The notes: a model not told the origin generated them from the sequence alone. A stretch of 64,000 bases of DNA from an uncultured virus (IMG/VR IMGVR_UViG_3300050513_000092) (IMGVR_UViG_3300050513_000092); one strand, 5' to 3'; positions 29,286-40,000 are shown, numbered from the stretch's first letter. A program made the numbers and translations.

Positions 29286-30578
29286 ATGCGCGTCCTATGG
29301 ATCGGTGACGGTGGCAGCGCCACCGGCTTCGCTCGAGTTGCTCATGCCCTGGGAGATCGCCTGGTCGAGCAGTACGGACACGAGGTCCATCTCCTAGCGA
29401 CCAACTACAAAGGCGACCCCTACCCGACCAAGGTCCAGATGTACGTCCCCACCATCCATGATGCAGGGGACACCTACGGGATGAGCCGGTTCATCGAGCT
29501 GGCCGCCAACGTCATGCCTGACGTGATCGTCACGCTCAACGACCCGCAGGTGCTCTACGCCTGGTTGCTGAACAACCGCTTCGATCCCGAGCGGCTCATC
29601 ATCAAGCGGTTTCCGGTCTTGGCCTACATCCCGATCGATGGGTACAACAACCCAAAGATGTACGACCCGTTGGGTCAGGTCACGAACCGAGTCGCGATGA
29701 GCAAGTTCGGCCTGGAGGCCATGCCGGAGGCGAAGCTCGTCTACCACGGCGTCGACACGGATCTCTTCTGGCCGGTCTCCGGGGAGCGGCCGATCACCAT
29801 CAGCCGCGGCGATGTGCTTCGGACCAAGAGGGACTGCAAGCGGGCCTTCGGTTTCGATCCGGACTCGTTCTTGATCGGCAGGGTCGATCGCAACACCGGC
29901 CGCAAGGACTTCGCATCCACCTGGAAAGCCGTGCTGCCGGTGATGCGTCGCCATTCAGACGTCGTCACCTACTTCCACTGCAAGCCCAAGGACGAGCGAT
30001 CGGGTGTCAACCTCCCGGCGCTCTTCAGCCGCGAGCTCGACCTGCTGGATCGGTTCCGCGTGCCGAGCCGGTTCATCACCAACCAGGGGTACAGCCAGCA
30101 GGATCTCAACGCCATCTACAACGCCTTCGACTTGTTCGTGTCGACAAGCCGAGGTGAGGGCTTCGGGCTCACGCTGGCCGAATCGTTGGCCTGCGCCGTT
30201 CCAGTCATCGCCCAGAACGTATCTGCGATCCCCGAGGTCGTGGGTCCTGGTGGCGAGCTGATCGAACCCGGGCGAGAGATCACGGTCCCCTTCGGACAGG
30301 ACCATTGGCTCGCCGACATCGGCGCCTTCTCCGAAGCCATCGAACGTGCCTACGCATCGCGGCGCTGGCGTCGGGATGCCGGGCAGGCAGGTCTGGAGCA
30401 CGTCACCCGCTCGTTCGTCTGGGACGAGGCAGCGGCAAGGTTCAACGAGTACATCGAGGTGCTAGCGCATGACGCTCACGAAGCCCAAGCCGCAGTCGAC
30501 CCAGGAGTTGCTCGAGTCCCTCGAGCCAATGGTGGGAACCGTGCTGCTCGGCGACGAAGGGGAGCACGAGCGACCTGA
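29286..30578 (+). CDS. GT4 (GT-B) glycosyltransferase
   Basis: TGFARV, YHGVD, RNTGRKD, YNAFDLFVSTSRGEGFGLTLAESLAC motifs. Confidence 0.95.
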   Translation: MRVLWIGDGGSATGFARVAHALGDRLVEQYGHEVHLLATNYKGDPYPTKVQMYVPTIHDAGDTYGMSRFIELAANVMPDVIVTLNDPQVLYAWLLNNRFDPERLIIKRFPVLAYIPIDGYNNPKMYDPLGQVTNRVAMSKFGLEAMPEAKLVYHGVDTDLFWPVSGERPITISRGDVLRTKRDCKRAFGFDPDSFLIGRVDRNTGRKDFASTWKAVLPVMRRHSDVVTYFHCKPKDERSGVNLPALFSRELDLLDRFRVPSRFITNQGYSQQDLNAIYNAFDLFVSTSRGEGFGLTLAESLACAVPVIAQNVSAIPEVVGPGGELIEPGREITVPFGQDHWLADIGAFSEAIERAYASRRWRRDAGQAGLEHVTRSFVWDEAAARFNEYIEVLAHDAHEAQAAVDPGVARVPRANGGNRAARRRRGARAT

Positions 30579-32022
30579 CTTCAAGATCTTCACGGGGGAG
30601 CTGAAGGTCGTCAAGTCGTCCGCCTCTTCGGATGGCCGCAAGCGGGTCAGAGGCATTGCCTCCTCGTCGGTCAAGGACCTGCATGGCGACCGGATGACGG
30701 ACGCCTGCGTTCGATCGATGACGAAGCAGATCGTCGGCAAGACGATCTTCCTGAACCACAACTACAAGCTGCCCGAGGATGTCTTCGGCGTGGCCGAGAA
30801 GGCCCGCACGCGGACCATGTCCGCCGCGGAGGCCAAGGCCCAGGGCTACATCGACAAGAGCGCCCCCAACGACCCGATCACCTTGATGGACATCACCGTC
30901 CTCGAGGACTCCTCGAACCCGCGTGCCGAGGCCACCTTCGCCTCGATGGAGAACGGCGTCACGGTTGGAATCTCGATCGGGGCGCTAATCACCGACTTCG
31001 AGGAGGACCCCGACTACGAGGGCGACTACTGGGCGCCGCTCATCATCAACGAAGTCATCCTTCTCGAAGCGAGCATGGTCGGGATCCCCGCGAACCCGCT
31101 GAGCTGGGTCGAGAACGCCACCAAGGGCCTCATCCAGAAGGGCGCCGTGCGTGGCGCCAGCGAGGACCAGTTCAACCGGATGCGGCAGAAGTGGCTGTCG
31201 TTCAGCAAGAAGGAGGCGTCCGTGGATCCCGAGGAGGATCTCGACCTCGCCAACACAGAGGTCGACGACGAGACCGAAGAGCCACCCACCGTGGTGGCAG
31301 AGGTTCCCGAGCCGGGCGAGCCGCCTGAGCCCGACGACGACGAGGACGGGGTCTTCCAGGCCGATGGCCCGGACCAGATCATCGCCCACTACCAGATTCA
31401 GGTCGAGGCTGGCAAGGCCAGTCGGACCGATCTCGATGCAATGGAGGAGGCCGTCCAGGCTTCGATCGACTATGCGCTTGAGCATGGCGTCGCAGCTAGC
31501 GAGTTCGAGGGTCGAACTGCGAAGGACATGGCCTCCGAGATCCTGAACTCCGAGCCCGCCCCGGACCCCCCGGATTCGGCGAGCGAGGAAGCTGACCCCA
31601 CCGACGATCAGGAAGCTCCACCCGCGAGCGACCCTGAAGGCGACGCAGGGGTTGACGGGGAAGCCGAAAAGGAGGCCGAGGCTCAGATCCGAGCTCTCCA
31701 GGCCGAGGGAGTGCTGAACGGTCTCACCGAGACCGTGAGGGTGCTGGGGGAGACCCTAGCGACACTCATCGCCGAGAGAGCGAAGACCGCTGAGCTGACA
31801 GCCAAGAACGAGGCTCTCACCACAAAGCTCGCCGAGGCCGACAAGAATGTCGCGACCGCGGTCGAGATCGTCAACAGGCTGATGAGCATGCCGGTTGGAC
31901 GGAAGTCCGTGGTGCGACGTGAGGCCGCTGGCCTCGCGGAGCGCCTGAAGGGCGGTCCGTACAGCGGCGAGCTCCTTGCCTACATCGCCAAGCACAACCA
32001 AGGAGCTTCCGATGCACCCTGA
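30469..32022 (+). CDS. Prohead protease (HK97-type) fused to an acidic/coiled-coil scaffold
   Basis: GIASS..KDLHGD, FLNHNY, GISIG and LLEASMVGIPANP motifs. Confidence 0.85.
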   Translation: MTLTKPKPQSTQELLESLEPMVGTVLLGDEGEHERPDFKIFTGELKVVKSSASSDGRKRVRGIASSSVKDLHGDRMTDACVRSMTKQIVGKTIFLNHNYKLPEDVFGVAEKARTRTMSAAEAKAQGYIDKSAPNDPITLMDITVLEDSSNPRAEATFASMENGVTVGISIGALITDFEEDPDYEGDYWAPLIINEVILLEASMVGIPANPLSWVENATKGLIQKGAVRGASEDQFNRMRQKWLSFSKKEASVDPEEDLDLANTEVDDETEEPPTVVAEVPEPGEPPEPDDDEDGVFQADGPDQIIAHYQIQVEAGKASRTDLDAMEEAVQASIDYALEHGVAASEFEGRTAKDMASEILNSEPAPDPPDSASEEADPTDDQEAPPASDPEGDAGVDGEAEKEAEAQIRALQAEGVLNGLTETVRVLGETLATLIAERAKTAELTAKNEALTTKLAEADKNVATAVEIVNRLMSMPVGRKSVVRREAAGLAERLKGGPYSGELLAYIAKHNQGASDAP

Positions 32023-33313
32023 TCTCGCAGAAGGGCTCGCGCTCGTCGACGAGTTTCGACAGAAGCTCGAAGCCCTCAACGCGACTCCCCACTCCACGCC
32101 GATCGTGGAAGGGCCGGGAGACGAGACACCCGCACGCAAGCTGCTCTCCGGAGATGACATCTTCGAGATGCAGATGGAGCTGCGGAAGCTCGCGACCCCG
32201 CACGTCTACCACGCGCTCAGCAAGCAGCTTCGCGTCCGGGGGACCGGCGTTCCTCTCGAGGTCTGGCTGGCAGCCGGTGGGCAGCAGCTCATCGACGCAG
32301 TCGGAGCCAGCCCGGATCTGAAGAAGGCGCTCGACACGACCTCCGGCTCTGCCCTGGTGCGGCAGGACCTCGAGCCGTTCATGTACGAGCTCTTCGTGCG
32401 AGCCTTCCCAGCGTGGGATCGCTTCACCAAGGAGCCCGCGAACGGCCTGGTCCACACCTTCACCCAGCAGACCAGCCCGGGTGGCGCTGAGTTCATCTCC
32501 GAGCTGGGAACCGTCGTTGACGATCGTGGGACGTACGGCCGGAAGACCACGAACGTCGCGATCATCGGCACCCGGCGCGGAGTCACCCTGAAGCAGCAGT
32601 TCGCCGCGCTCCAGTCCGGCTCGGGTTTCAACCCCGAGCAGCTCGAGATGCGGTCGGCGCTCGTGGCGATCGCCGCGAAGATGCAGAAGACCATCTTCGG
32701 TGGCAACGCCAACGACACCGAGTCGGGCGGAACCGCCTCCACCGAGGCGGGCGAGTTCGATCCGGACGGCTTCACCGGGCTTCGCCAGCTTCTCAACACG
32801 GACACCAACGGCAGCCGCGTCGTGAACATGGATCCCTTCGCAGGGACCCCTGACCAGTTCATCGACAAGCTCGACTTGGCATGCGTGCCGATCATGGACG
32901 ATGGCGGATCTGCCTCGGCGATCTACCTGTCGGCCTTCAACAAGCACCTCCTGGACAAGCAGCAGGAAGCCAACGTGCGTTGGACGTCTGAGCTCGTCGA
33001 CATCGCGGTCGGCGTTCGGACTCAGGCATTCAACAGCCCGTTTGGGGCACTGCCGCTGATCCCGGTGCCTGGGCCGTCGATCGGGACCTACACGGGGACC
33101 GGAGGCGCCAACGGGGAGACCGTGGGCGACATCTACGTCCTCGACGAGGCCACCATCTCGCTGCCGTACCTGGGCTCCGCAGCCCCAACGGTCATCGAGA
33201 TCCCCGTCGGCGTTGGCGGACAGCTCACCCGCATGTTCATCGTCTTCGGCATGTGGGGCTTGGCTGAGAAGGCTCTGCCCTTCAGCAACAAGGTCCGCGT
33301 CTTCCAGACCTGA
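32012..33313 (+). CDS. Major capsid protein
   Basis: Follows protease; ATG after AGGAG; ALVRQDLEP and FTGLRQL motifs; 433 aa. Confidence 0.85.
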   Translation: MHPDLAEGLALVDEFRQKLEALNATPHSTPIVEGPGDETPARKLLSGDDIFEMQMELRKLATPHVYHALSKQLRVRGTGVPLEVWLAAGGQQLIDAVGASPDLKKALDTTSGSALVRQDLEPFMYELFVRAFPAWDRFTKEPANGLVHTFTQQTSPGGAEFISELGTVVDDRGTYGRKTTNVAIIGTRRGVTLKQQFAALQSGSGFNPEQLEMRSALVAIAAKMQKTIFGGNANDTESGGTASTEAGEFDPDGFTGLRQLLNTDTNGSRVVNMDPFAGTPDQFIDKLDLACVPIMDDGGSASAIYLSAFNKHLLDKQQEANVRWTSELVDIAVGVRTQAFNSPFGALPLIPVPGPSIGTYTGTGGANGETVGDIYVLDEATISLPYLGSAAPTVIEIPVGVGGQLTRMFIVFGMWGLAEKALPFSNKVRVFQT

Positions 33314-33335
33314 TCGCAGATCTGGCACTGAACGA

Positions 33336-33367
33336 GGGGCCGAGGGTCCTTGGTGGCCCCCGGCCCC
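33336..33367 (+). terminator. GC-rich hairpin after the capsid gene
   Basis: GGGGCCG...CGGCCCC; no U-tract. Confidence 0.45.
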
Positions 33368-33389
33368 CCGCATCTCTACGAGGATCGCC

Positions 33390-34035
33390 ATGACCGCCAT
33401 CGTCCAGCCTGTCGCTGGTGGCAGCAGCGGTGGGGCTCCGAACGCGCAGAACGTCCGGGGAGCCATCGCTGGTCTGGCGCCGAGTGGTGTGCAGACCATC
33501 GTTAGCACGGTGGCTGGCACCCGGAAGCTGCGTGGCTTCAAGGTGCATGGAACCACTGACGGCGAGATGTGGGTCGAAGTGGACAACGCTCCCCTGGAGG
33601 GGATCAAGGCTCGTTTCAGCCGCGTGAACGAGGGCTACTTGGTCATGCCGAACCCAGAGGTCATCGCGGCGGGTTCAGTCATCGCTCTCCGGGTCGAGAA
33701 CACGGGTCCCGTGTCCGGCGACTACGAAGGCACCATCTTCGCTGAGTGAGGTTCAGATGGCTGACGCGGGTCCCAACTACACGATCGAACGACGTCGCCT
33801 CGAGCTCGCAACGCTCGAGCATCGACAGACGATAAAGCAGGGGCAGGCTCGCCTATCCCAGATTGACGGTCAGAAGCAGGTCAACCTCGCGCGAGCCGAG
33901 CTCGCGAACGAGGAACTGGATGAAGAGGCTCGGAAGATTCTCGCCAATGAGGCAGCTCTCACGGCCAAGATCGCCGAGAACGACACCAACCTGAAACTGA
34001 TGGTCAAGGCACCGAAGGAGCCTGTCGATGGCTGA
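33390..34035 (+). CDS. Two small proteins (33390-33749 beta-rich; 33757-34035 coiled-coil)
   Basis: ORFs with RBS. Confidence 0.65.
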
Positions 34036-35500
34036 CAACTCAACTGGCCTCGCGGTCAAGACACTTACTACCGAGTTCGTCCGGGGGAAGCTCATTGATA
34101 CGGGCGGGACGAACGAGGCCGCGGTTTCGGCCGCGGGTCGCCTCTCGGTCGATGCCTCGGGCGTCGCCGTGCCGGTGACGGACAACTCAGGCTCCCTGAC
34201 GGCTGACCTGCTGGGCCAGTACGTCGGTGATGCTGCGGCGACGGCGACTCCGAACACGCTGATGATCTCGGGCCTTGCCAACGCGGCAGCGCCGTCCGAT
34301 GTCAGCGCCAACAACGACGCGGTCGCGATGTGGATGCTGCGGAACGGTTCACCTGTCGTGAACCTTGCTTCGGCGGGCACCCTCATCACCATCGGCCAGA
34401 AGGCCATGGCTTCGAGCTTGCCCGTGGTCATCGCTTCGGACCAGAGCGCGCTTGCGCTGGCCGCGCAGTACGTTGGGGATGCGGCGGCGACAGCCACTCC
34501 GACTGGCCTGATGGCCGTCGGCCTGGCGAATGCGGCGGCACCGACCGACGTCTCTGCCAACAACGACGCGGTTGCGATGTGGATGCTTCGCAACGGGTCG
34601 CCGGTCGTGAACATCGCCGCCAACGGCACGCTGCTCACGAACATCGGGCAGACCATCGCCACGGCCCAGCATGTCCGCATCTCGGATGGCACGACCCTGG
34701 CGACAGTCCGTGACCTGGCGGCGAACGATGCGCTGAACGTCGCCATCGTGGATGGCTCGGGCAACCAGATCACGTCGTTCGGCAGCGGCACGCAGTACGT
34801 CGGAGACGCCGCAGCGACGTCGACGCCGACCGGCACGATGAGCATGGGCCTCGCCAATGCGGCGGCACCTTCAGACGTGTCGGCCAACAACGACGCGGTC
34901 GCCATGTGGATGCTGCGGAATGGTTCGCCCGTGGTGAACCTGGCCTCGGCAGGAACGCTCATCACGATCGGGTCGAAGACCTCGGCGAACAGCCTCCCGG
35001 TGGTCATTGCCTCGGACCAGGGGTCCGTCGCGGTCACTCCGGCAGCGAACAGCTCGATCAACGTCAACCAGATCGTCGGCTCGGCGCCAGGTGCGACGAA
35101 CCCGCTCCCGGTCCGCTTGACCGACGGTGCGGCGTTCTACACGCTCAAGCCGACCTCGGCGTTCTTCAGCACGCAGACTTCAGCCGCCCTGGGCGCTGGG
35201 GCGAACGTCACCCTGACGCACTACGTCACCTCCGGCAAGACGGGTCAGCTCTGGGGTGCGGACGTCACTTCGACCGTCCCGATCAAGATCGAAATCGGTA
35301 CGATCCTGACCGGCTCATTCACGGCTCGGGTCGTGGCCTTCGCCCTGGCCGGGCAGCTCCTCCAGTGGCGTGCGCCAGATGACACCTTCATCACCCGGGC
35401 CAGCTCCGACGCGACGACGGGCTTCGGGGTGAGGATCACCAACAAGGACGCATCGGTCGCGGCCGACGTCTACAGCACCGGGTACTGGGACGAGGTCTGA
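34028..35500 (+). CDS. Virion decoration/fibre protein with three internal repeats
   Basis: QYVGDAAAT..P...GLANAAAP.DVSANNDAVAMWMLRNGSPVVN occurs three times (34217, 34466, 34793). Confidence 0.75.
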   Translation: MADNSTGLAVKTLTTEFVRGKLIDTGGTNEAAVSAAGRLSVDASGVAVPVTDNSGSLTADLLGQYVGDAAATATPNTLMISGLANAAAPSDVSANNDAVAMWMLRNGSPVVNLASAGTLITIGQKAMASSLPVVIASDQSALALAAQYVGDAAATATPTGLMAVGLANAAAPTDVSANNDAVAMWMLRNGSPVVNIAANGTLLTNIGQTIATAQHVRISDGTTLATVRDLAANDALNVAIVDGSGNQITSFGSGTQYVGDAAATSTPTGTMSMGLANAAAPSDVSANNDAVAMWMLRNGSPVVNLASAGTLITIGSKTSANSLPVVIASDQGSVAVTPAANSSINVNQIVGSAPGATNPLPVRLTDGAAFYTLKPTSAFFSTQTSAALGAGANVTLTHYVTSGKTGQLWGADVTSTVPIKIEIGTILTGSFTARVVAFALAGQLLQWRAPDDTFITRASSDATTGFGVRITNKDASVAADVYSTGYWDEV

Positions 35501-35506
35501 TGACCA

Positions 35507-36817
35507 ATGGCTGATGCCCAGTTTGGGGAACAGCGCCAGCTCGACTACGACACTGGAGGCGGTACTGACCTGATCGAGGTCAGCGGGATCGTATTCCCGG
35601 CCTCGGGCGGCGGAGTCGCGGCTGGCGGTGTCCTCGAGACAGGCGTCAGCGCGGTCGGAGCACTCGCTGTCGGCGGAGCCACGCCGCATGACTCCGTCGA
35701 CAGCGGGAACCCGATGAAGGTCGGTGGCAAGGTCACCGCCGTCAATCCGACCGGCGTGTCGGCAGGGGATCGGGTCGACGCCCACTTCGACTCCAAGGGT
35801 CGACTCGGCGTGTTCATCGCATCCGGCTACGACGGTACCGGCGCGGCCACCGCCAACACGCCGACCGATGCGTTCACCGCCACGGCGGGATTGAATACCC
35901 AGTCGTGGTCTTCGGTGTTCAACGGCACGACCTGGGATCGCTCCCGGTCGATCACCGCGCTCGATGCAGCGCCGAACGTCGATACCGGGATTCCAGCGGC
36001 AGGCATCGGGCCGGGCTGGGATCGCAAGACGAACCCGGCCGGAGTGGCCGCTACGAACACCGCCAACGCCGTGACGGTGGTCACCGATGGCGCGGCCTCG
36101 ATGATCTTCCACGTCACGACCATCGGTACGACGCCGGGCTCCATGATCTTTGAGGTGACCGGGGACGACACCAACTGGGTGACGGCGTCCGGAGTCATCA
36201 AGATGGGCCTGCCGCCATCGTTCATCAGCGGGTCGTTCGTCCCGGCCGTGAACGACATGTACATGGTGCCGTGCCAGGGTATCCGCCAGGTCCGCTACCG
36301 GGTCAACGCGGTCTACGCCTCCGGCACCGCCACCGTCAAGGTCTCTGGATCGCAGGCACCCTGGTACGTCCGCGCAGGCGTGCAGGGGCTCGCGGATCAC
36401 GATGCGGTCGGCACCGGCAGCAACCCGCTGCTGATCGGTGGCTACGCGAGCGCCGCTGCACCGTCCGCGGTCAGCGCCGACGGCGATGCCGTTCAGTCCT
36501 GGTATCTGCGCTCAGGCGCGCAGGTCGGCTACGAGGTCGGAGCTGGGACCAATGCCGCCAGCCAGGTGGCGATCAGCAACACGTCGACGACGGTCATCTC
36601 TGCCAGATCGCAGCGGAAGGGCGTGCTGATTACGAATAAGCAGACCGTCGGGGTGGCGCTCGACATCAGCGGCGGCACCGCGGTCTATGCCACGCACTAC
36701 GTGCTCGATCCGGGAGCCTCGATCTTCCTGCCGGTGACGAATGCAATCACGGGCATCACATCGGCTGCCTACACGGCGACGGGCGACGCGAAGCTCCATC
36801 TGCTCGAGATCTACTAA
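35507..36817 (+). CDS. Virion decoration/fibre protein
   Basis: Ala/Gly/Thr-rich; carries a diverged copy of the same repeat (ASAAAPSAVSADGDAVQSWYLRSG). Confidence 0.7.
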   Translation: MADAQFGEQRQLDYDTGGGTDLIEVSGIVFPASGGGVAAGGVLETGVSAVGALAVGGATPHDSVDSGNPMKVGGKVTAVNPTGVSAGDRVDAHFDSKGRLGVFIASGYDGTGAATANTPTDAFTATAGLNTQSWSSVFNGTTWDRSRSITALDAAPNVDTGIPAAGIGPGWDRKTNPAGVAATNTANAVTVVTDGAASMIFHVTTIGTTPGSMIFEVTGDDTNWVTASGVIKMGLPPSFISGSFVPAVNDMYMVPCQGIRQVRYRVNAVYASGTATVKVSGSQAPWYVRAGVQGLADHDAVGTGSNPLLIGGYASAAAPSAVSADGDAVQSWYLRSGAQVGYEVGAGTNAASQVAISNTSTTVISARSQRKGVLITNKQTVGVALDISGGTAVYATHYVLDPGASIFLPVTNAITGITSAAYTATGDAKLHLLEIY

Positions 36818-37368
36818 TGCTGTTCGCCCCGGAGCTCGCCAGACCCGGCGAAGTCATCATCACGCCGACAACCGAGCAATCTCTCGGGGTCGCCGCCTAC
36901 CGCGCCTCCATGACGGGATGGGCGGCAGCGGCGTGGCCTGCCGCCAACCTCGTGATCTTCGTGCCGTTCTACGTGCCCGAGCCGGTGACCGTGACCAAGC
37001 TGTTCGCAGCGATCGGCGTCGCCTCGGGCAACATCGATCTGGGGATCTACGCTGAGGACGGAACCCGGCTGGTGTCCAAGGGAACCACCGCAGCAGCGGG
37101 GGCGACGGATCTCCAGGTTCTCGACGTCACCGATACCGTGCTCGCGCGAGGCACGTACTACATGGCGATGGTGTGTGACACCGTGACGACGCTAACAGTC
37201 CTAAGCGTCGCGCCTGCGGCTGGCATCCTCCAGGCGTTCGGTCTGCTCGAGCAGGCCGGGATCACGATGCCGCTGTCGACCGGGGCCAGCCCGGCCACGT
37301 TCGCCAAGTACACGCGAGCGTACCTGCCAATGATGGGCGTCCAGGGCTACCGGACCTTCGGTCCATGA
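36817..37368 (+). CDS. Structural protein, paralog of the next gene
   Basis: WPAANL...P.Y..E...V.K...D.G.Y motif shared with 37365-38573. Confidence 0.65.
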   Translation: MLFAPELARPGEVIITPTTEQSLGVAAYRASMTGWAAAAWPAANLVIFVPFYVPEPVTVTKLFAAIGVASGNIDLGIYAEDGTRLVSKGTTAAAGATDLQVLDVTDTVLARGTYYMAMVCDTVTTLTVLSVAPAAGILQAFGLLEQAGITMPLSTGASPATFAKYTRAYLPMMGVQGYRTFGP

Positions 37369-38573
37369 CCATTCCGATCTGGACACCGCCGCCCAGGCAC
37401 CGGGTCGCGCCGCCAATCATCACACCGTGGCATCCCGAGTTCGCGGGAACGATGGCGTCGGGAGGGGCTGCCGCCCCAGCCTCGGGAACGTGGCCTGCGG
37501 CGAACCTCGCGCTGCTCTTCCCGATGTACCTGATCGAAGCGTTCGTGGTGGCGAAGGCAGGCTGGACCAACGGAGCCACGGTCGGCACTGACTCGCTCGA
37601 CATTGGCGCCTATGAGATGACCGATTACACCACCGGACGCATGGACCTGATCCGCTCGACTGGTGGGATTGTGTCGGCCAATGCCAACGTCGTGCAGGCG
37701 AGCGGCACGTGGAAAACGGCACACGCCAACATCACGAGTGGCAACGATTCGACTGACGCGACGAGCTACACGACCGCCAGCGTGACGCTCAAGGCGGGCC
37801 GCCTGTACCTGATGAGCGTCGAGAACTCGCACGGATCGAGCGCGACTGCGGTCAGCTCGATCACGGGTGGTGGCACGTGGGCCAGCCGCTCCACCACGCA
37901 ATACAACACGAACCTGAACCGGGTAAGCATCTGGTCGTGCGTCCCGACGGCCGACTACACCGGCACGATCAGCATCTCGTTCGGCGCGACCACCCAGACG
38001 GGCGCCTGCTGGGCGCTCGAGGAGTTCTCAGGGGTCGATACGACGACCAACGACGGAATCGTGCAGCAGGCTGTCGGTACCGGGAGCAGCGGTACGGCGC
38101 TGGCAACGCTGGCCGCCTTCGGCTCCGCCAACAACGCGACGTTCGGTGCCCACGGCCACGCCGCGGCGACAGCCACGGCCCCCGGCACTGGCTTCACCGA
38201 GACCGCGGACCAGACCGCCGCCACTCCGGCGCAGGCGCTCGAGACCGAGTGGAATGTCGGCAACGATACGACCGTCGACGCCACGTTCACGTCAGCCGCG
38301 TGGGGAAGTTGCGCAGTCGAGATCAAGGCCAGCACCGCCTCGTTCGTGCTGCCTCCCTCGAGGCCCGGTAACCCGAGCCTGTGGCTGGCGCTGGTCTGCT
38401 CGGGTACGACGGCGACGGTGTTCCGCAGCTCACCGGCCCTGTGGGGCAGCCGCATGCTGGGGCTCGAGAAGGCGTCGGCCTATCCGCTGCCGTCGAACAT
38501 CATTCCGACCGCACTCACGACGAACCGCATCATTCCGCTGGCAGGTTTCTCGCGCAGAACGCTCTGGGAATAA
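37365..38573 (+). CDS. Structural protein with a Thr/Ser-rich beta insert
   Basis: WPAANL motif; TSYTTASVT and WALEEFSGVD segments. Confidence 0.65.
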   Translation: MTIPIWTPPPRHRVAPPIITPWHPEFAGTMASGGAAAPASGTWPAANLALLFPMYLIEAFVVAKAGWTNGATVGTDSLDIGAYEMTDYTTGRMDLIRSTGGIVSANANVVQASGTWKTAHANITSGNDSTDATSYTTASVTLKAGRLYLMSVENSHGSSATAVSSITGGGTWASRSTTQYNTNLNRVSIWSCVPTADYTGTISISFGATTQTGACWALEEFSGVDTTTNDGIVQQAVGTGSSGTALATLAAFGSANNATFGAHGHAAATATAPGTGFTETADQTAATPAQALETEWNVGNDTTVDATFTSAAWGSCAVEIKASTASFVLPPSRPGNPSLWLALVCSGTTATVFRSSPALWGSRMLGLEKASAYPLPSNIIPTALTTNRIIPLAGFSRRTLWE

Positions 38574-38585
38574 GGGGGTGTCGTC

Positions 38586-39473
38586 ATGCCGCGTAGTGTT
38601 CGGCTGTTCGCCGCTGCGCTGATATTCGCGATGGTGCTGGTCGGATCAACAGAGGCGAAGCGCCCGATCCGGACCCCGAGGCCGCACCCAACGGCGACTG
38701 CTTCTCCGACGGTTGCCCCAACGCCGACCCCGACCCCGATCCCCACTCCGACCCAGACACCAACCCCGACCCCTGCTCCGACAGCGAGCCAGAGTCCAAC
38801 CGGGTTGCCGGTGATACCGCCTCAGTACGGAACCCTGCTACGCAAGGTGTTCAGCGATGGGAGCCTGGCGCCCTTCAAGGTGCTGACCTACCCCGACGCT
38901 CACCCGTCGGACCTGATGGAGGCTTACAACCGCTTCGCCAACGGCGCGCAGCGGGCCAGCTTCCACGATGGCTACCTAGATCTCACCACGGCAAAGCGCA
39001 GCGACGGCCTCTGGGACGCGGTCCTGCTGGGCACGTCGCAGAGCGGAAACGGCCCGACTTTTGGCTACGGCACCTATCGCACCTGGCTGAGCTTCAATCC
39101 AGATCCCGGCTGCTGGCAGGCGGGGTGGCTGTACGACACGACCACCTGGTCCTCGACCGAGATTGACTGGCCGGAAATGCTGGAGCGGCAGCAGTTGGCG
39201 GCCCACGTCATTGGACAGGGCGCGGGCAGCAAATACGGCCTCCCGATCCCATCTGACATCCGGACTACCTTCCACGAGTTCCGCACCGAGCGGCGCAGCG
39301 GCTTTGTCGCCTTCCTGATCGACGGCACCGAGGTATTCAGGGTGACTGCGGCGGAGCCATCCACGCCACTGGCGGTGCTGTTCGATGACAAGATCGGCTT
39401 CCCGTGGGGCTATCCGCCGCCTTCGGATGCGTCCTGCGAGCTGCGGATGGCGGCAGTGACGGTGGACCCATGA
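38586..39473 (+). CDS. Secreted GH16 glycoside hydrolase with Pro/Thr linker
   Basis: Signal peptide; (PT)n linker; FGYGTY, GCWQAGWL, EIDWPE (ExDxxE) and FHEF motifs. Confidence 0.75.
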   Translation: MPRSVRLFAAALIFAMVLVGSTEAKRPIRTPRPHPTATASPTVAPTPTPTPIPTPTQTPTPTPAPTASQSPTGLPVIPPQYGTLLRKVFSDGSLAPFKVLTYPDAHPSDLMEAYNRFANGAQRASFHDGYLDLTTAKRSDGLWDAVLLGTSQSGNGPTFGYGTYRTWLSFNPDPGCWQAGWLYDTTTWSSTEIDWPEMLERQQLAAHVIGQGAGSKYGLPIPSDIRTTFHEFRTERRSGFVAFLIDGTEVFRVTAAEPSTPLAVLFDDKIGFPWGYPPPSDASCELRMAAVTVDP

Positions 39474-39538
39474 GCCTTCTGGCTCTGCACCAAACTGCGT
39501 AGACTGTGGCGAGCTCTAACAACCTGCACGAGGATGCC

Positions 39539-39988
39539 ATGACCGACCTCCCGAATCGATCCCAACGACGTCGGATGCGAGCTCCCAGGGAACCACGCAT
39601 GGTCGAGCGCCAGGTGGGTACCGTGCTCCAGCGACTCCCTGAACCGGAGTACGCGGCAGATCTGACCGTGCTCGAGGTCAACGAGATCAAGGCCCGCAAC
39701 GACGAGATCGTCTTCGTCAGCGAGAAGCTGAAGGAGCTGGCGGCGCTCCAGCAGCACTACTCGCGGATCATGTCGATGCTTGGCAACGAGAAGACCGCTT
39801 TCATTCGCAACATCTGCAAGCAGCATGGCCTCTCGGACAACGAGGAGTTCAACTGCGATCTGGATCGGGGACAGATCATGCGGATGGCAATCCAGGTGCC
39901 ACCGTCGGTCCCGGAGCTGAAGGCGGTTGAGCCAGAAGCCCCAGTCGAGAATGGCGAGCAGCCCGCCGTGGAGAAGCTGCCCGAATAA
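39539..39988 (+). CDS. Hypothetical coiled-coil protein
   Basis: ORF with GAGGA RBS. Confidence 0.65.
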   Translation: MTDLPNRSQRRRMRAPREPRMVERQVGTVLQRLPEPEYAADLTVLEVNEIKARNDEIVFVSEKLKELAALQQHYSRIMSMLGNEKTAFIRNICKQHGLSDNEEFNCDLDRGQIMRMAIQVPPSVPELKAVEPEAPVENGEQPAVEKLPE

Positions 39989-40000
39989 CGAGGGTTTCCG

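Noticed and set aside
38690..38790. CCGACC-type tandem repeat
   Set aside because: It simply encodes the Pro/Thr linker of the GH16 protein.
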